NCBI GenBank assembly: GCA_017499595.2
Contig: CM039003.1
Span: forward strand, 3,472,001 to 3,536,000
Length of the DNA: 64,000 bases
Direction of reading: 5' to 3'
From: Psilocybe cubensis
Taxonomy: Eukaryota
Shown here piece after piece: positions 11,673 to 25,315 of this stretch (position 1 is its first letter; each line of letters begins with the position of its first letter). The notes beneath the pieces are model-generated. The model was given only the letters and a program-made list of their open reading frames with translations, made no database searches and had not been told where the DNA came from. The position numbers were made by a program, and so were the translations under genes.

Positions 11673-13598
11673 TGTTCCCGGCCTACCTAATTGACCTTGC
11701 AAACAACAAAGCCAAATAAAAGCGACTTTCTCTCTCCACCTTGCCTCCACCGAGTCCACCCACCCGCACGACAACGACACTCAACACAGGCCAAACCCAT
11801 CGACCGTCGACGCAATTACTGAAAATATTTCTCATGTACCGAACTGAAGTTGATCCAATAGCGAATATGCGCATCAGGGCGTGCGAACATGCAGGGGCAG
11901 GTTGGGAGAGCGCAAGCAACGGTGAGGAACTAAGAGGAAGGTACGTCTTTTAAAGCATTTTCGAATCATTTCACATCTTTGTACCCCCAATATACTACGT
12001 CTACTATCCTCATACAGCCCATTTCCTCTTCCTACATCCCTGCCTCACAACTGGCTACGAGCTCCTTTGCTGTATGCGCGCAAACACAGTATCGCGCAAC
12101 CCGACGCTCCTAGGACCACCGAAACTGATGGTGAATATTCCAACCCCTCTGTTGTATACCCTACCTCTTCCTGCGCAATTCACAACCCGTGTTTACACCC
12201 AATCTATTGATCTTCAGCTGTTTTCCTCGAGCAAGCGATGCCCATCCACCAAAGAGGGAGAGGCGGACGTCAGGAAGATCCAGAGTTTCACCCCTTTCTC
12301 TGAACGCGTTTCTAATCTTCTGCATTGGCCTTGGTCAGTCCGGGATGCATTGAGACGAGATGCAGGTGCCTATCCTGTGGGCTTAGGATGTCATGACATG
12401 GCGTTCGGTGGCGTGTATATGTCTTATCATTTCTATGATAGATGGCTGGCTCGATGTTTTAGCGCACACTCTTCTTGATGTATGGGAAATCATTCCGTAA
12501 CATTTCATTCACACTGGACTTCTCAGCTCGTATTCCCGCTTCTACTTGCAGTGCTTCTGCTTTGGAGACACGCCGATATCATACTGGTCGTGACAATGCG
12601 CATTTGTGTGCGTCTCTACCGTGTTTGTTGGTAATTCTGGATACAAGGCATGTGTATATGCACCTGATGCGCGTATTCGAATCAAGCTGCCTGTTTGTTT
12701 ATTCTACAATCTATCGGTTCTCTTACGATATAATCCCTCAAATTGTATTCGTGCTGGTGGAGTGGCTCCTTCGGTAATCTAAACCTAGTATTCCATCCTG
12801 AATAATGCTGAGGCACCTTCACATTGTTCCTCTCTCACCGCTCCCTTCCTATCGTGAAGACCGACAACGCTTGGGAAATCAAATATTTCACCTGTTTTCG
12901 ACCTGCAAATGCCTCGTCCTCAAGAAGCCGACGGAATATTGAGGCGATACTTTTCTGCGGTCATAGAGTAGGGGTTGTTCTTATACATGAAGTACCTGAG
13001 ATCACCGTGGGTTCAGAGAGCGAGTACCCGTAAGCGTGTGCGGGAAGCTTCTGCGCAGGTCTACCTATAGCATGGTGACACAGTTGACGGTGCGGCATCC
13101 TCGAATATATTCTTGCTCGTCTGGAATTGTCTCCCAAATCACCCAGCTTCACTGAGTCTGTATCGTTAATAAACGCATACATATTCTAAATGCTGACTGC
13201 GAAGTAGGAACATAAACCCCGATGTTGCCTGTGGCTATGAAATATAAATGCACTTTAAAAGAAATAAACGATTGCATAATCACATTAGTATGGTGGAAAT
13301 AGGACGTGAGGTGGATTGATCAATCTTTTCCGCGAGACTGTTCAACTGATACCAGAGTCTTCTTCACGTCTTCAGCTTCGCCAGGAGATTACGATGGAAC
13401 CGTCTCCATCTTACCCTTCTCAAAACTTTGAGAACGTTCACTGTAAGAGCCGACGTATTCCATGTTTGTAAGCTAACAGTACACCCACAAACAGTATCTC
13501 CCGGATTGGCATTAACATCGTTCTCCTCAGTAGATCCCGGCTCTTCAATTGCGCCATATCAACAGGTAGCATTTTCTGGGCCTCAAACTGCCCAATCA
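11673..13598 (+). pseudogene. Family E relic, F-box-like N-terminus, multi-exon, degenerate; inverted copy at 43869-45957
   Basis: HRPSTQLLKIF resembles the F-box start (LPxELLxxIF). Intron-like GAAG|gtacgt. Multiple stops. Collinear with the inverted copy. Confidence 0.45.
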
Positions 13599-13867
13599 AC
13601 CCCCTGTCACAGAATGAGATGAGAAATAAGATAACACATTTGACTGCACTCAAGTATCTCCGAGATAAGAAGCACAGTGACCATGGGACACCTGCTGCGA
13701 ACGGCCTTTCGGTCCTGGAAGATGGTTTGCTTACATCTCTCAACACTCTCAGCTCATAACAGAGTCAGCAGAGGTTGTATCACATCTAAAATATTTGAGG
13801 TATGTGAATACATAATAAGCTATATAGACAATTATTTAGAAGTGAACATATAATCTTGAAAAACCAG

Positions 13868-13972
13868 CTATTTGATCTTCGTGACATCCAATATCAAGGG
13901 CCCCCCGCGTCCTCGTTCTCGGCGTAATTGCCTGAATTGCGGATGTGCGCTGAGATTGTGTCGGATTGTACC
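13868..13972 (-). pseudogene. Orphan last exon of a forkhead gene, with the preceding intron and 3' flank (13606-14030)
   Basis: Translates GTIRHNLSAHPQFRQLRRERGRGGPLILDVTKIK*. The upstream intron matches C1 but breaks at the donor near 14030. Confidence 0.85.
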
Positions 13973-14470
13973 CTATGCATTATAATAAACAATCATGAAT
14001 AATAAAATATTTTGAATGAAATACGGGACCTTATGACATCCCCTCTGTAGCATCATTAGATAAGGATACAAACAACATCAATATCACTTAACTTACCGCC
14101 ATCGTTGGGTATTTGAACAGGGCGTGTTCGATGTGATTTGCACTGCCTTTTCGTACTCGGAACCTGGGGGATTTTTCAGTATTGACGGGCGTAATAAACT
14201 GAACGGATAATCATAGACAACGTACATAACCGTCTGTCCTTGTAGTCATTGCTCCTATCAAAAGGAAATGTGTTTGGAATCATCTTGTTGGCCGTCATCA
14301 GTGCTTAAACCAAATACTCCTAATGCCAATGTTCCATGCACTGATTTCATCCAACGCATCTTTGGCAGCTTAATTTTTGAAAATATTTCAGCCTGGAGTT
14401 ATCCGATTCATAAATGATTAGAGTGGAAACGAACCATTGAACGTGCTAGAGTGAAAGCAAGGCACAGGAA

Positions 14471-14489
14471 TGTAGCGATAGACAGATAA
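14471..14489 (-). promoter_or_regulatory. 19-bp motif copy 2, TTATCTGTCTATCGCTACA
   Basis: Exact consensus, ~33 nt before an ATG of an intron-containing gene remnant (14030-14440). Its upstream ~500 bp is homologous (inverted) to 49790-50356. Confidence 0.5.
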
Positions 14490-17400
14490 TGCGGCCGGCC
14501 AATAAGGTCAGGGTGAGTTCAGGCACGGTGTGCACCATCGATTGAATGGTCGTGTGCCACTGTAGAGCGGGAATGTTGTTGTGGGTTCTACAAAACATTT
14601 GTATGCTGGGTGTTGAGACGGGCGCCGAGTATGTATACATAACACCATAACAAAGACACTTTGTTTCGATGAGCGCAAAAGATTTCGTTGTACACTTACT
14701 ATACTACAATGAATTACATTGTCTGTAGTGTCCCAAATGTACTGGCTGATTCTGAGCGCATCGTGAATCAAGATTCGAAGTCGGAAGCTCTCTATCTCTT
14801 TGAATGACTTTTTTCAAATAGAAAACCTCAATCATTCTTTGTGCGCTTTTTGAAGGTTGTTTTCACTCAATGACAAAGCCGAACTCTAAAGAGCTTTATG
14901 CACCTTTCTCCACAGATTGGCTGGCATTGTTGAGCGAAGCGTGTGCAACGCGAAATCGATTTCGATCTCCGCATTATGCCCTTGCGTTTGTTTTGTATCC
15001 TAGATGTTTTTAATTGCCACATGGACAATTTCAACCGGTCAATGTATCTAATAACCGGTCTAGCTCTCTAGTTTTTTCTGTGAGAGAATGAGTGTTGCGC
15101 ACGGCACCAATACAGCGCACCCAATACCAAGGGCCAGCGTAGCCTGTCGGGAAGCGGAGTTTGAACCTACTGGAGTCTCAACACCTGTGTTTCTTACTCC
15201 CTCCTTCACATTGAATACTTCCTAGCGACAGTATGGACCCATAACAACTCTTTTTTCTCTGTATTCCAACTCGAACGCATGATAAGGAAGATAGATACTG
15301 TGGGTGGAAACAGGGTATGGTGTGGGATTTCAGGAGCGCGGTGCAGGAGGAGTCGGGATGAAAGGTGAGTCGATACCACCGATTATTCACCGCAAAGTTT
15401 CACCAATGTCATGTTTCGAAATATGCATCATTTACAACTCAAGATCCAGTGTCAAGATTCCACTTTTCAGCCCCACCGAAGCCTACGTGGCCTTCAACAG
15501 TCATCGAAGTCCTCAGCGTTTACCTCTTCTCTGAAAACACGCTCACACAACCCTTTGGCACGCTATCGCAACGACAAACTCAAAGATAGGCCGGGTGACT
15601 CAGGAGGTGTGGAAGTGAGGGAGAGGTAATGATGGAGTTAGACATGCCAATGTTCCGAGGTGCGTTAATATCTTATTTAATTCCGTTCACTTTTCGTGTC
15701 TGCTCTCACACAGTACCTTTCAAAGGTCATTCTGACCCCGCCACACGCCACCGCTTTGACACTCTGCCCCCACCCCTCGTATTCTCGAGTTCCCGTCACC
15801 ATCATAGATCTCCCAAACTCAGAGCAGTTTGTCAAATGTTTCCTGCGGATGAACCTTGTCGTCAGTCGATTTTCAATCCATGCGGAGGAAATGGCGCATG
15901 TATGCGCCGTTGTGAAGATGGGTATATTATATGTTGATTGGAGAATGTTCTGGGAGACAAGGTACGTGTCCTTTTCACCTCGAACCGAGTGTCCCACTTA
16001 CATACGCTCCCATTCTCCCTGATACAGGACAATCTCGTAGAAGAGGGAATGTTGAACGGTAACTCGTGCGTCTTCCATTTTTCTGCCCTGCCCTCTTTGA
16101 AAATTGTTCTCGTCTGTGCATACCTCCGGACTTCGACTCTATGTAAACTGTTACCAACCCACATTGACACCCCCTCGTCTTTATATCCGCATTCAATCCC
16201 ACATCGTCGACGAGATCTATATCCTCTCTGCTTCTGTGAGATCATGATCCATACATTGCACCAGAGCTGTTACAGTATATGTACGCTGTTCTTGTGCGAT
16301 GTTGGGATATCTTGCTTCTACAGCCGCAGAGGATTGAACTCTGGCTTACCACTGTATAAGGTCACGGAATCTTCAGATTGCGCATGAGCCATTTCTTTAT
16401 GCTCCGCCCTCTTTCGGATTGCTTTGATGCGTGTTGCATGTCTGTATTGCAGCCATTCGCTACAGATATACTCTGCTGGTTGTGCATGGTTTCAAAGCAC
16501 GATAAAACTGTCGTCATATGGCGTCGAGAGATCGTTGGGGTGGTACAAGGGAAATAAAAAGACGACAAAGATACCATAATTGCTGTCGAATGTAATTGTA
16601 TACGTCGGATTCGTGGGCGAACCCTAAACCTTAACCCTGTTCCCGTTCATTGAACAGCTGAGCTTTGATCTTCTCCATCCCCTCAAATCGGGTTATAATG
16701 AGAAGGTACACTTGGAAACACAACTAGCGCATACTCTAAATAGGTACTGTCATTATTTGAAGCTTAAACCTATGTATTGCATTCGAATATCAACTGTTCC
16801 TCATGTTGTTAATCAATATGATGCCAATTTTAACCACAGAAACACGCATCCAACAAAAAAACATCACAGGGATTGAAATGTATGGTATTTTCAAGTATTC
16901 TCAAAGTCACAAGTACAGAAAAAACAAGCTATGCGTCAGTTGCGGTTGCAGTGAAAGATAAAAATTCGAGAGAAAGTGAAGTTGTTGGTGCTGGAATGAT
17001 TCGAAACCTCATCGCGTTTTTAGAGAGTAAAACGGAGGCCACCATCGTGTAAGAGAGCAAGGGTGAAATACAGGAGGGTGTGGATGCGGGTTCGTGTTTG
17101 GGTAATAATTAAAGAGGATAATGAGAAGGTTCGAGTTTTGGAATATATTGATGTATGTATGGCGAACAATACAAGAGGAGCAAGGTAGCACACACATATC
17201 CATAATCAACCTTCCACAATACGTCGCACTAATAGGGTATTTACCCACCAAGTTCCAATAGGTCTGCAGGTATACGTGCAGATGCACTTTTATGTCACTC
17301 CGCTAGAAAATTTGGAGTGGTGGTTTCGACGATCATCGATTTGTTGGGTGAATTTCCTAGTAATTATTATTGCTGCTACGTAATATAGGATCGTTCAGCT

Positions 17401-18399
17401 CACTGCAATTCTGGGGTTCAGCATCTGAATCAGTTGCTGGTGTATTGCTTCTGTCCATGACAACCCAGCATCAAGTGCCCAGAGGTGACTGAGGCGTACA
17501 TTGCACAGCGCACATCAACCTGAGTACATGGACGAACTGACTGGTCAAAATCGACAAGGCGCTTTCGACATGAGACGCACAGAATAGGGTAGGAAACACC
17601 TTTCAAGCGATCCCACTCACGATGGCGACCGACCAATCATGCGCGAACCAGTCGTTCGAAACGGAGATTGGACTATGTTTGACGCTTATTTGGTGGCCAT
17701 CCCGGATGCCTTATGAGGGTGTTGGTAACATGGATGCAGCTATTGTTGCTCGGAAAGACGAGCTCTATGTGGGGTGTTGATGTTGGTGATGGTGGAAGAA
17801 GACATCGTTGTTGGTGGGGTTGTAGTATGTGATGTTGACGCAGGTATCGACGTTGACGCTGGGGCTGGTAAAGGGTAGGACGTGAATGCGACGCACCTCA
17901 ATCTCGCTATCCCAGCACGTGTACTCGTCGGCAGGTTAATCACGGAAACAGTCAAACTACGCACATCGACACATATAAGCGGCAGCACAGGACAGGAATA
18001 TGAGCAGACAGGAATGGTGAATGGAATGGCAGAGGGTAATGACGCACCTAGGAGATCCTGCGGTTTGAAAGTCCCCTCTTGGAGTTTGTTGTCGCGATAG
18101 CGTGCGGGAGGATATAGTGTGGGGTGTATGTCAAGAGGAGAATAAGGATATGCTTCTTCATTTGTTGTCTGAGAAAATGGAACGGTGTTTGGTGATCGAG
18201 AGTTGTGCAGGGTGTGGAGAGGTTGAGATACATAGTCTGAGCGTCGACGCTACAGGCTGTTGTAATAGTTCGAAAGCTGCTGTTTAATTCATCTTCGCAA
18301 TGGACGAGGGGTTGTAGAGGACTCACCGTTTGACCTGAATCCTCCTCGCTACTGCAAAATCACCCAGCCTCGAATCCCACTCTCTGCTATCGCAGACAA

Positions 18400-19750
18400 A
18401 ATTCTTCCCATTTCCATCACAGAATCGACACTGAAAGTAAAGGGCGTATCGTTGTCGTGCGGCGCGCGTGCACATGCGCTTTGCGCAGCATAGCGGAGTT
18501 TCAATGTCTTTTGACGACAGCAAGGACAAACAAAGCGCCACTTGTCTTGCGCCGCCTACCCCCAGAACTTTAAGACTGCTTGTCAAGGGCATAAAGTGCT
18601 ACAAGATCACTGTGTTGAATGGATTGCGCATGTGGAATGGAGTGAATGCGGTCGGTCCAGGGAACAAGGATTGCCGAGAAGCATGGGTTGAGGAATCGTA
18701 GAGGAGAAAGAACGTCTCGGTGAGTGATTTGTATTTGATGTGTACAGCGGTCTTCGCAGTGTACTGTATGCCCTGAGTCTGTCGCGCCGTCAACCCATGC
18801 ACCTGTTCTCATCTCGGCGTTTCTTTCCTCTGTGCGGACATGAGATTCAATATCCCGCATATATTCCGTTTTCGCGTCTTGTTTCGGGCAGTCAACCCTT
18901 CGTCTTCCAAACGATTCATTTTGCTACGTTTATAGTGCAGTAGAAAGTGTTATATATGCAACCCCGCGCTCATGGTCTCTCACCACTCGCACTCTCATCC
19001 CCTCTGTGCATGCGCTCAGGAGTCAAGCGGAGTTTGAATTCACTTGTCAACAGCAAGGACAAACAGCGCTCTCGCTCTTCGTTCTTTTCCACTGCCACCT
19101 CCACTCCAAACACTCGAAAGACGACAATTCGAAGGGAAGGGAAGTTTTATGCAGTTGAGGAATGCAGGTACCTGGTGTCTCGCACAGCAGCGTGACCCCT
19201 AGGAGAGGTCGATGGTCGACGCTGAGGACTCGGAGGATTTCGGTGAGTTCTTTTTCTTCGCTGTTCCTTCCTCTTTGTGGCTCGCACTGTTGACTTCCCA
19301 CTGCGCCGGCGTACGCGAAACATTGACGCCGCGGCAGCTATACCAGGTCTATAATAACGACTCTGGTATACTGTGTGCAGCGTATTCAAACTCCCTCAAA
19401 TTCGTGATGCGTCAGTGCAGTGGAATGTCAGGTGTATGAAATTTTTCTATACACTTGTTTGCATATACACCCCATCCACCACCCCGCATGTGCGTATGGC
19501 GCATACACAAAGCATTTCCGCCTTTCGGACCCCGTCGCCCAACCTACACCGCTTCATTCTCCTGTTTCCATCGATGACCTTCCACTCCTCCGTGCAGTTT
19601 TTGAAAAAGGGAATCTCGGCTTCTTTATTCATTTTCCTCGAGCACGGGTTAACGAGGCGTCATCAAAGTCATCGGGTGCATGCACGATGGAAGATAAGAT
19701 GTAGAGTGGGGCGGATTGCAAGATGCTGGTCGTGTTTGAAAACATGACTG
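18400..19750 (-). pseudogene. Family D relics (two further tandem pieces)
   Basis: CAGCAAGGACAAACA blocks at 18493-18532 and 19027-19065. 19280-19440 aligns to 3750-3890 (GATGCGTCA(A/G)TGCAGTGGAA). Stops and frameshifts present. Confidence 0.5.
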
Positions 19751-20587
19751 AGGCGCAGATCGTGCGTGTGCGTCTTTTGCCATCTTTCATCTCTCTTCAA
19801 GCAGGTGGTGGCACCAGTAACCCCTATGCATCTCTATCTTCACGTGTTCCTATAGCCTCAGCGTGTATCCCACTGCACTGTTCCTACCCACACACACCCT
19901 GAACCCGTGCATATGACGATAAATGACAATGGTCGGTAAAGGTAACTGTAACAGGTGTGTGGCCAGATCCCTTGCTTGCATCGCTTCAACGATTGGCAAT
20001 GCATATATGCACATGAGGTGTCTCGCGGGATCAGGTTGTGCTTGTACACAAAGTCGCTTGTGCACATTTGAGTCGGTACTGGTGCCAGTGCCTCCTACCC
20101 ATCTCTATTTAACGTGTCCACATAGTCTCAATGAGTTTCCCGTTCCTTCCTACCCACACACCCCCTTCATCCGTGCTTACGAAGCTAAATGACAGTGCTC
20201 GCCGAAGCCAAATGCACTTGGTCGTACTAACATCCTTGCTCAGAGCGCACGAACGACTTGAAAGAGGTTTGTTTTGCATGCCCCTCCGCATTCTATTCGT
20301 CAAAAGTATCTATGACATAACGAATATTTCGCACTGTTTGAAAAACCGGTGTCGAATTGCGCATACATTTATCTATCTTGTGGATTATCGACATTTGTGG
20401 CGCATATACGCACATGGGGTGTAATCTACATCACTATAACTTTATGTGTGTGGTCCCTTGTCATCACATCTCATTGCGAATCCCCTGAATCTTAGTGCCA
20501 TATCGCCTGTTCTTGAAGATGTACCGTACACTCATGACTACCAATGTAGGAGGGGGGAAGAATGGTATGGTACGGGTCAATAAAGTA

Positions 20588-20690
20588 TTTCTCATGTTTT
20601 CGGCTCTTGCAGGGACTCCTCTCGACTCCTCGTCCATAAAATGATGTTGCAAACCTTTTAGGCAATAAAATAACTGTCCCTTGTTAGCTG
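20588..20690 (-). promoter_or_regulatory. Orphan copy of the family A promoter (gene body absent)
   Basis: ATTTCTCATGTTTTCGGC..ACTCCTCGT..AAAATG..TTAGGCAA matches 2266-2372 and, inverted, 53195-53265. Confidence 0.6.
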
Positions 20691-20960
20691 TGACACTTTT
20701 GCATCGATCTAAAGGTGCGCATGGACCCACCAAAGCGTCAAGCCAAGTTTTAAGCCTGAGATCTTGAGCTTTAACGTTGACTTTGGGGCTTCAGCACGCA
20801 AGTAGATCTGAGAGTGAGTGGAAAAACATGTTGTAACGCTTTAGGCGCAACCACCTGTTCGGGTTCAAGGTATAAAAATATCCCAATCGTTCGAGACACA
20901 TTGCACCAAGCATATCATCCGTCCGTTCTCTGTATGCCTTGTTCACACCTCAAATACACA

Positions 20961-23220
20961 TATGAGCAGTGAGTTTGTACTGCGGATTGCTTGCGAGGTG
21001 AAGTGAACCACATACCTTTCATTTAACTCTACACTTCGCGGCTTGAACATGCACAGTCTCTCTTTCGTCGAGCGCAGCATCCAATCGGAAGTATTAGGAT
21101 GGAAACTGATGACCGGATAGCATACGGCAACCAAAGATATGTATATTTCTTTTCCACGGAACTGGAATTCCGCGCCTTGAGGTTAGTTTTTTGATACCGA
21201 GGACATGCGACCTCAGGCAGGTTACAATTCACACCCGCCACTGCCCCTTCATGGAAGAAACGTGCTGAGAAGTAGTTTGTAGGCCTATAATACGGAATGA
21301 ACAATCATGTCTGATTCCCAAACACCCATAGCCTTACCTCTTTCTTACACTTTGTCCTTTCAATTTACAAGCACTTTGCAATGTCTACATTCAACGTCAA
21401 CATCGTTCACGTTCACTCCTCCCAAACCGTTCCTGTTAGCACGCCCAGATCAGCTCAACCCGCTCGAAATTCTGCCGGTGCTGGTGCCCCACCATATGTA
21501 ATGGAGCCACAGGCGACATCATCGTTGAACGATACCTCTGGACCTTGGACTGACATTTTGTCGTTGGTGGGACCTACCCCACGAGACCTCTTGGAGATAT
21601 ACTATGCGAGGTTCCCAAGTCATACCGTCGACGTTGGAAACGCGACACCAAACGTGGATTCCACAAGACTCTTCCGTTCGTCAGCGGATGTTGCAGTGAT
21701 CAGTGGACTTCCACGAGGCAGAGATGAGTCCCAATATGACAGAAATATCACCAATGAGTCCGAGGCATCAAGTGTGGACCGTCTTGTACTGGATAGCCTG
21801 GCCACTGGAACGGTAGACCCAGCCGTTGTCATTCGCACGTCACGCCACTCCCGAGAGAATCGTTCACAGGGCGTCATGCGGAGCCAGACGGCGGGAGCTT
21901 CTTCAAACAGACATCACCCGTACAACATGGCAAATAGGCCGTCCAGGGTAGCCGTACCAAGCAACAGTCATAACGAACATGCAAATAATTTCTGTCGTCC
22001 ATCCGGAGAGACAGAAATCGCACAATTCAGAACTTCCCAGCACTGGAAACAACACCGCGGGGACTGCTCCGGGTATAACATTCCCGTTGAGCAGATGCCT
22101 CTGACGGCACCAAGCCCAAACGAAGATGGAAGGTATTTTGTGGATTTCTATCTCTCGATATCATGACACTGACAGATTTTTTATGCAGGGAGTCGGAGAT
22201 GAGCGGGTCAACTGGAGATGGGGATAGTGGGGAGACTGAACAGAAGCCGCGAAAAATGCAGGGTCATAGAAGTGATAGAGACCCTTGGTTTAGAACCCGG
22301 GAGGAGATTTGCTCCCAGGGCAAGGCTGATGTAGGGCGAAGGAAGAGGCAAAAGCGACGATTGAAGTAGTGTGGATACAATTAAAATGAGTATCTTATCA
22401 GTCCATCGACTGAATCGATGGAAGCTGATTAGATTATATATATATTGTTTTTATTTTATTTCCTTTGTTTTTTTTTTGAGTGATGAGCGTGAGACTTCGG
22501 ATAATCATAACACAATCATCAACTCTAAAGATCGCGACTTTGACCAACAGGGAGGATCTAATCATGGTGCACTTAAAAATGGGGTTTTATACAACATAAC
22601 TGTGGATAATGGAATCAATTCGACCAAAACCTCATCGTCACCGCAGTGCAGTCGGCGGCCAAAGCGGGGTTTGAATGCACTGACAACAGCAAGGCCAAAC
22701 AACTTACCGCGCTGCTCTGTTCTTCTACCTTTTTCTGACTGCCGTCTCCAAAGTTCTGCTCCAGCCACTCGAATACGACGATTCAAACTGAGGGGAATGA
22801 AACTACTCGAAACGCTTCAGGAGTGTGGGGGACTTGGTGGACGAAGCAGTAGTGTGATTTGGGGAGGGGACAGTGGATTGAGTTTGGTGAGTGCTTTACA
22901 TACTCTCCATCGTTCTCGCATGGAACCACATAAACAAAGACTACCCTCCCCAACCTCTTCCATCGCTCACATACAGCACCATCACGTTTCCACCCTTCAC
23001 ATGCACACGCAATACCATCAACACGGCAGCAGCACACTGGCGGCAAGCGCACTCGAAACCATCAATGTCGTAGCAGCTACACCTGTACATTTTGTAAGGC
23101 GTCAGTACACCCCCACTCAGTTCTTCACCAGCCACTCGCGCGACGATTGGAAACGAAGAGAAGTTCTGAACGCAGTCAAAAAATGCAGGGACTGGTGGAT
23201 TGCGAAGCAGGATGACTTTG
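20961..23220. repeat. Left inverted arm, outer part (B2 plus D relic); partner 45960-47844
   Basis: Near-identical reverse complement. ORFs 22163-22369 and 46429-46635 translate identically. Confidence 0.95.
21381..22369 (+). CDS. Family B copy B2, ~310 aa low-complexity protein with GTVDPA motif and NLS-like tail RRKRQKRRLK
   Basis: Open 752-nt exon 1. Phase-2 intron 22133-22188 (gtattt...ctgac...atgcag) joins in frame to exon 2. Confidence 0.8.
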
Positions 23221-23720
23221 GGGAGGGGAGGGGACGATGGATTGAGAAGTCAAGTTCGGCGAGTGCTTGACATACTCTCCAACCAACCGTCTCGCATACC
23301 TCAACCACCACCACGCTCCCCCCTCTCCCAACTCTTTGCTATTGTTCGCACCCGGAACCACCACTTTCTCACTCTGCACCGCACTGCCGCACGCAAAACA
23401 TGGACGCCACAGCAGCTACACAAAGTCAATCACCGACTCTCCGTATACTGTGCGCAGCTCCTCTGGACATTTTTTAAGGCGTCAGTGCAGTGGTACTGGA
23501 ATATCAGTGTCTAGCGCATGTCCACCTGTTGAGACACGTCATCCAGCGTAGTATGGCGCATATACGCAGTACCTTCGTCTCCCACCTACACCACTTCATC
23601 GCACTCGGTCTTGCTCCCCTCCTCACGTTTCCATGCTCCCGTCGTCAAAAACCTCCGAAATGCATTCGCCCAGTTCTTGAAATCTCGCTTTTGAGTCGAT
23701 TACATGTATCACAACGTCGA
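22620..23720 (-). pseudogene. Family D relics (internally duplicated)
   Basis: Two similar sub-blocks (EYVKHSPN at ~22890 and ~23260). Branch and acceptor ctgacgcctta..aatgt(a/c)cag occur twice on the minus strand. D block at 22664-22701. Confidence 0.5.
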
Positions 23721-25315
23721 CAGGATGCGTGTTCGACACAAAACGCGAATTCGAGGTTAGGGGTGTGTGTCCTGGCTTTACACATTGCAGAAACACACGA
23801 CGCGCGTGTATGGGTTTCTCCGCAAACCTCTGCCTGTCACTTCTCTTCCTGCGTGTTCTGGGTGGACACTATACCATTTCTGTTGTTGACGTGTACACGG
23901 TGTGCCGAAGCTGTAGTGTGTTTTCCAGTGTCGTTTGTCCACCCCCATGTAGACTACAATGCTTGACGCTCGGAGAACCAGGCTACGAATGTTGTGTCCT
24001 GTTATTTGTATGTGAAAGTTATTTGAACGGTGCAAAATAACCATCGAATGACGCATATATTTGACTAATACAACTTACACCGACGCAACGCAGAACGGAC
24101 GGCTTCGCAGTCAACTATCGTGTGTCATTTGTGTAACCGCTTCCTTGCAACACCCCGAGATTGCACCACACCATCCGATACGCCGCTTCATTAATTATCG
24201 ATCAACCCCCTGTTCACCAGCATCCTTACGCATCTCTATATCGACGGGTCCCCAATATCTCGACGAATGTCCCGCTGGTCCCTCTCCCTCTCCTATGACG
24301 AAGCAAAACCACCGTGACAGCGCCTGCGTTTGCTGACGGCAACGAGTGTGTATCTGTCTAGATCAGACTTCAGAGCGCATGAACGAGTGCATATGTATGT
24401 CGATCAACCATCGCGCTCGCTGAAGGTGACTGCAACGGCAATGGTATCGCGTGTGCAGACATCTATCTCCCTAGCTCACACTCCACAGTACACGAACGAC
24501 TTCAAGTAGGTCAGTGTTAATGTCCATCGCAGCGTATCTGTCAAATGTATGTATGTATGATTTAATATCATGAATGTTTTGCACCGCTTTGAAAATTTCC
24601 ATTGAATTGCGCATATATTCGATAAATGGTGAAGCATATATACGCATGGGCTGTCTCCCCATCACTGCGAGTTTCTGTGCATAGCTCAGAAACTGGCAAA
24701 GCGCTTGCTGATCTCTTATTTCACTCTGCGACGACTCCCCCTGTGCGGGACCTGTACGTTGTTCCATCTACATCAAACGACAGGTGATTAGTGCTCATAC
24801 CCATCAAGATATTCAATGACATACATGGTATATGTGTTCATAAACCCGTTATTTCATTGGATACTAACTAATTTTTCGGGACCGCCCTGAAGTCTGCAAT
24901 GGCAATCGTGTGGTCAAAAGGTGATGTCCCAACCCTTCTTTGCCTTGATCTAATGATATCCAAATGTCTTGGAAGTAAGATCATTGGATAGCCTTCAGGG
25001 AGTGGTTGTGTATTCTCTATAAGCAGAGAGCATCAACGCTGGGCAATTGTCACAGAATGAGATGAGAAATAAAATAACACTTTTGATTGCACTCGGCTAG
25101 TATCTCCGAGATAAGAAGCGCAGTGACCATGGGACACCTGCTGCGAACGGCCTTTTGGTTCTAGTGGAAGATGGTTTGGTACATCTCTCAGAACTCTTAG
25201 CTCATAACAGAGTCAGCAGAGGTTGTATCACATCTAAAATATTTGAGGTGCATGAATCCATAATAAGCTATATAGGCAATTATTTAGAAGGGAACATATA
25301 ATCTTGAAAAACCAG

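Noticed and set aside
16621-16638. ACCCTAAACCTTAACCCT as a telomere remnant
   Set aside because: Too short and degenerate to distinguish from chance.
22371-23270. 299-aa plus-strand ORF after B2
   Set aside because: GTG start, runs through the B2 3' UTR and antisense to family D relics, and is not preserved in the mirror arm.
24061-24336. Short ORFs ending in Cys-containing tails as pheromone (CAAX) precursors
   Set aside because: No proper C-aliphatic-aliphatic-X ending or ER/DR processing site, and no STE3 receptor nearby.
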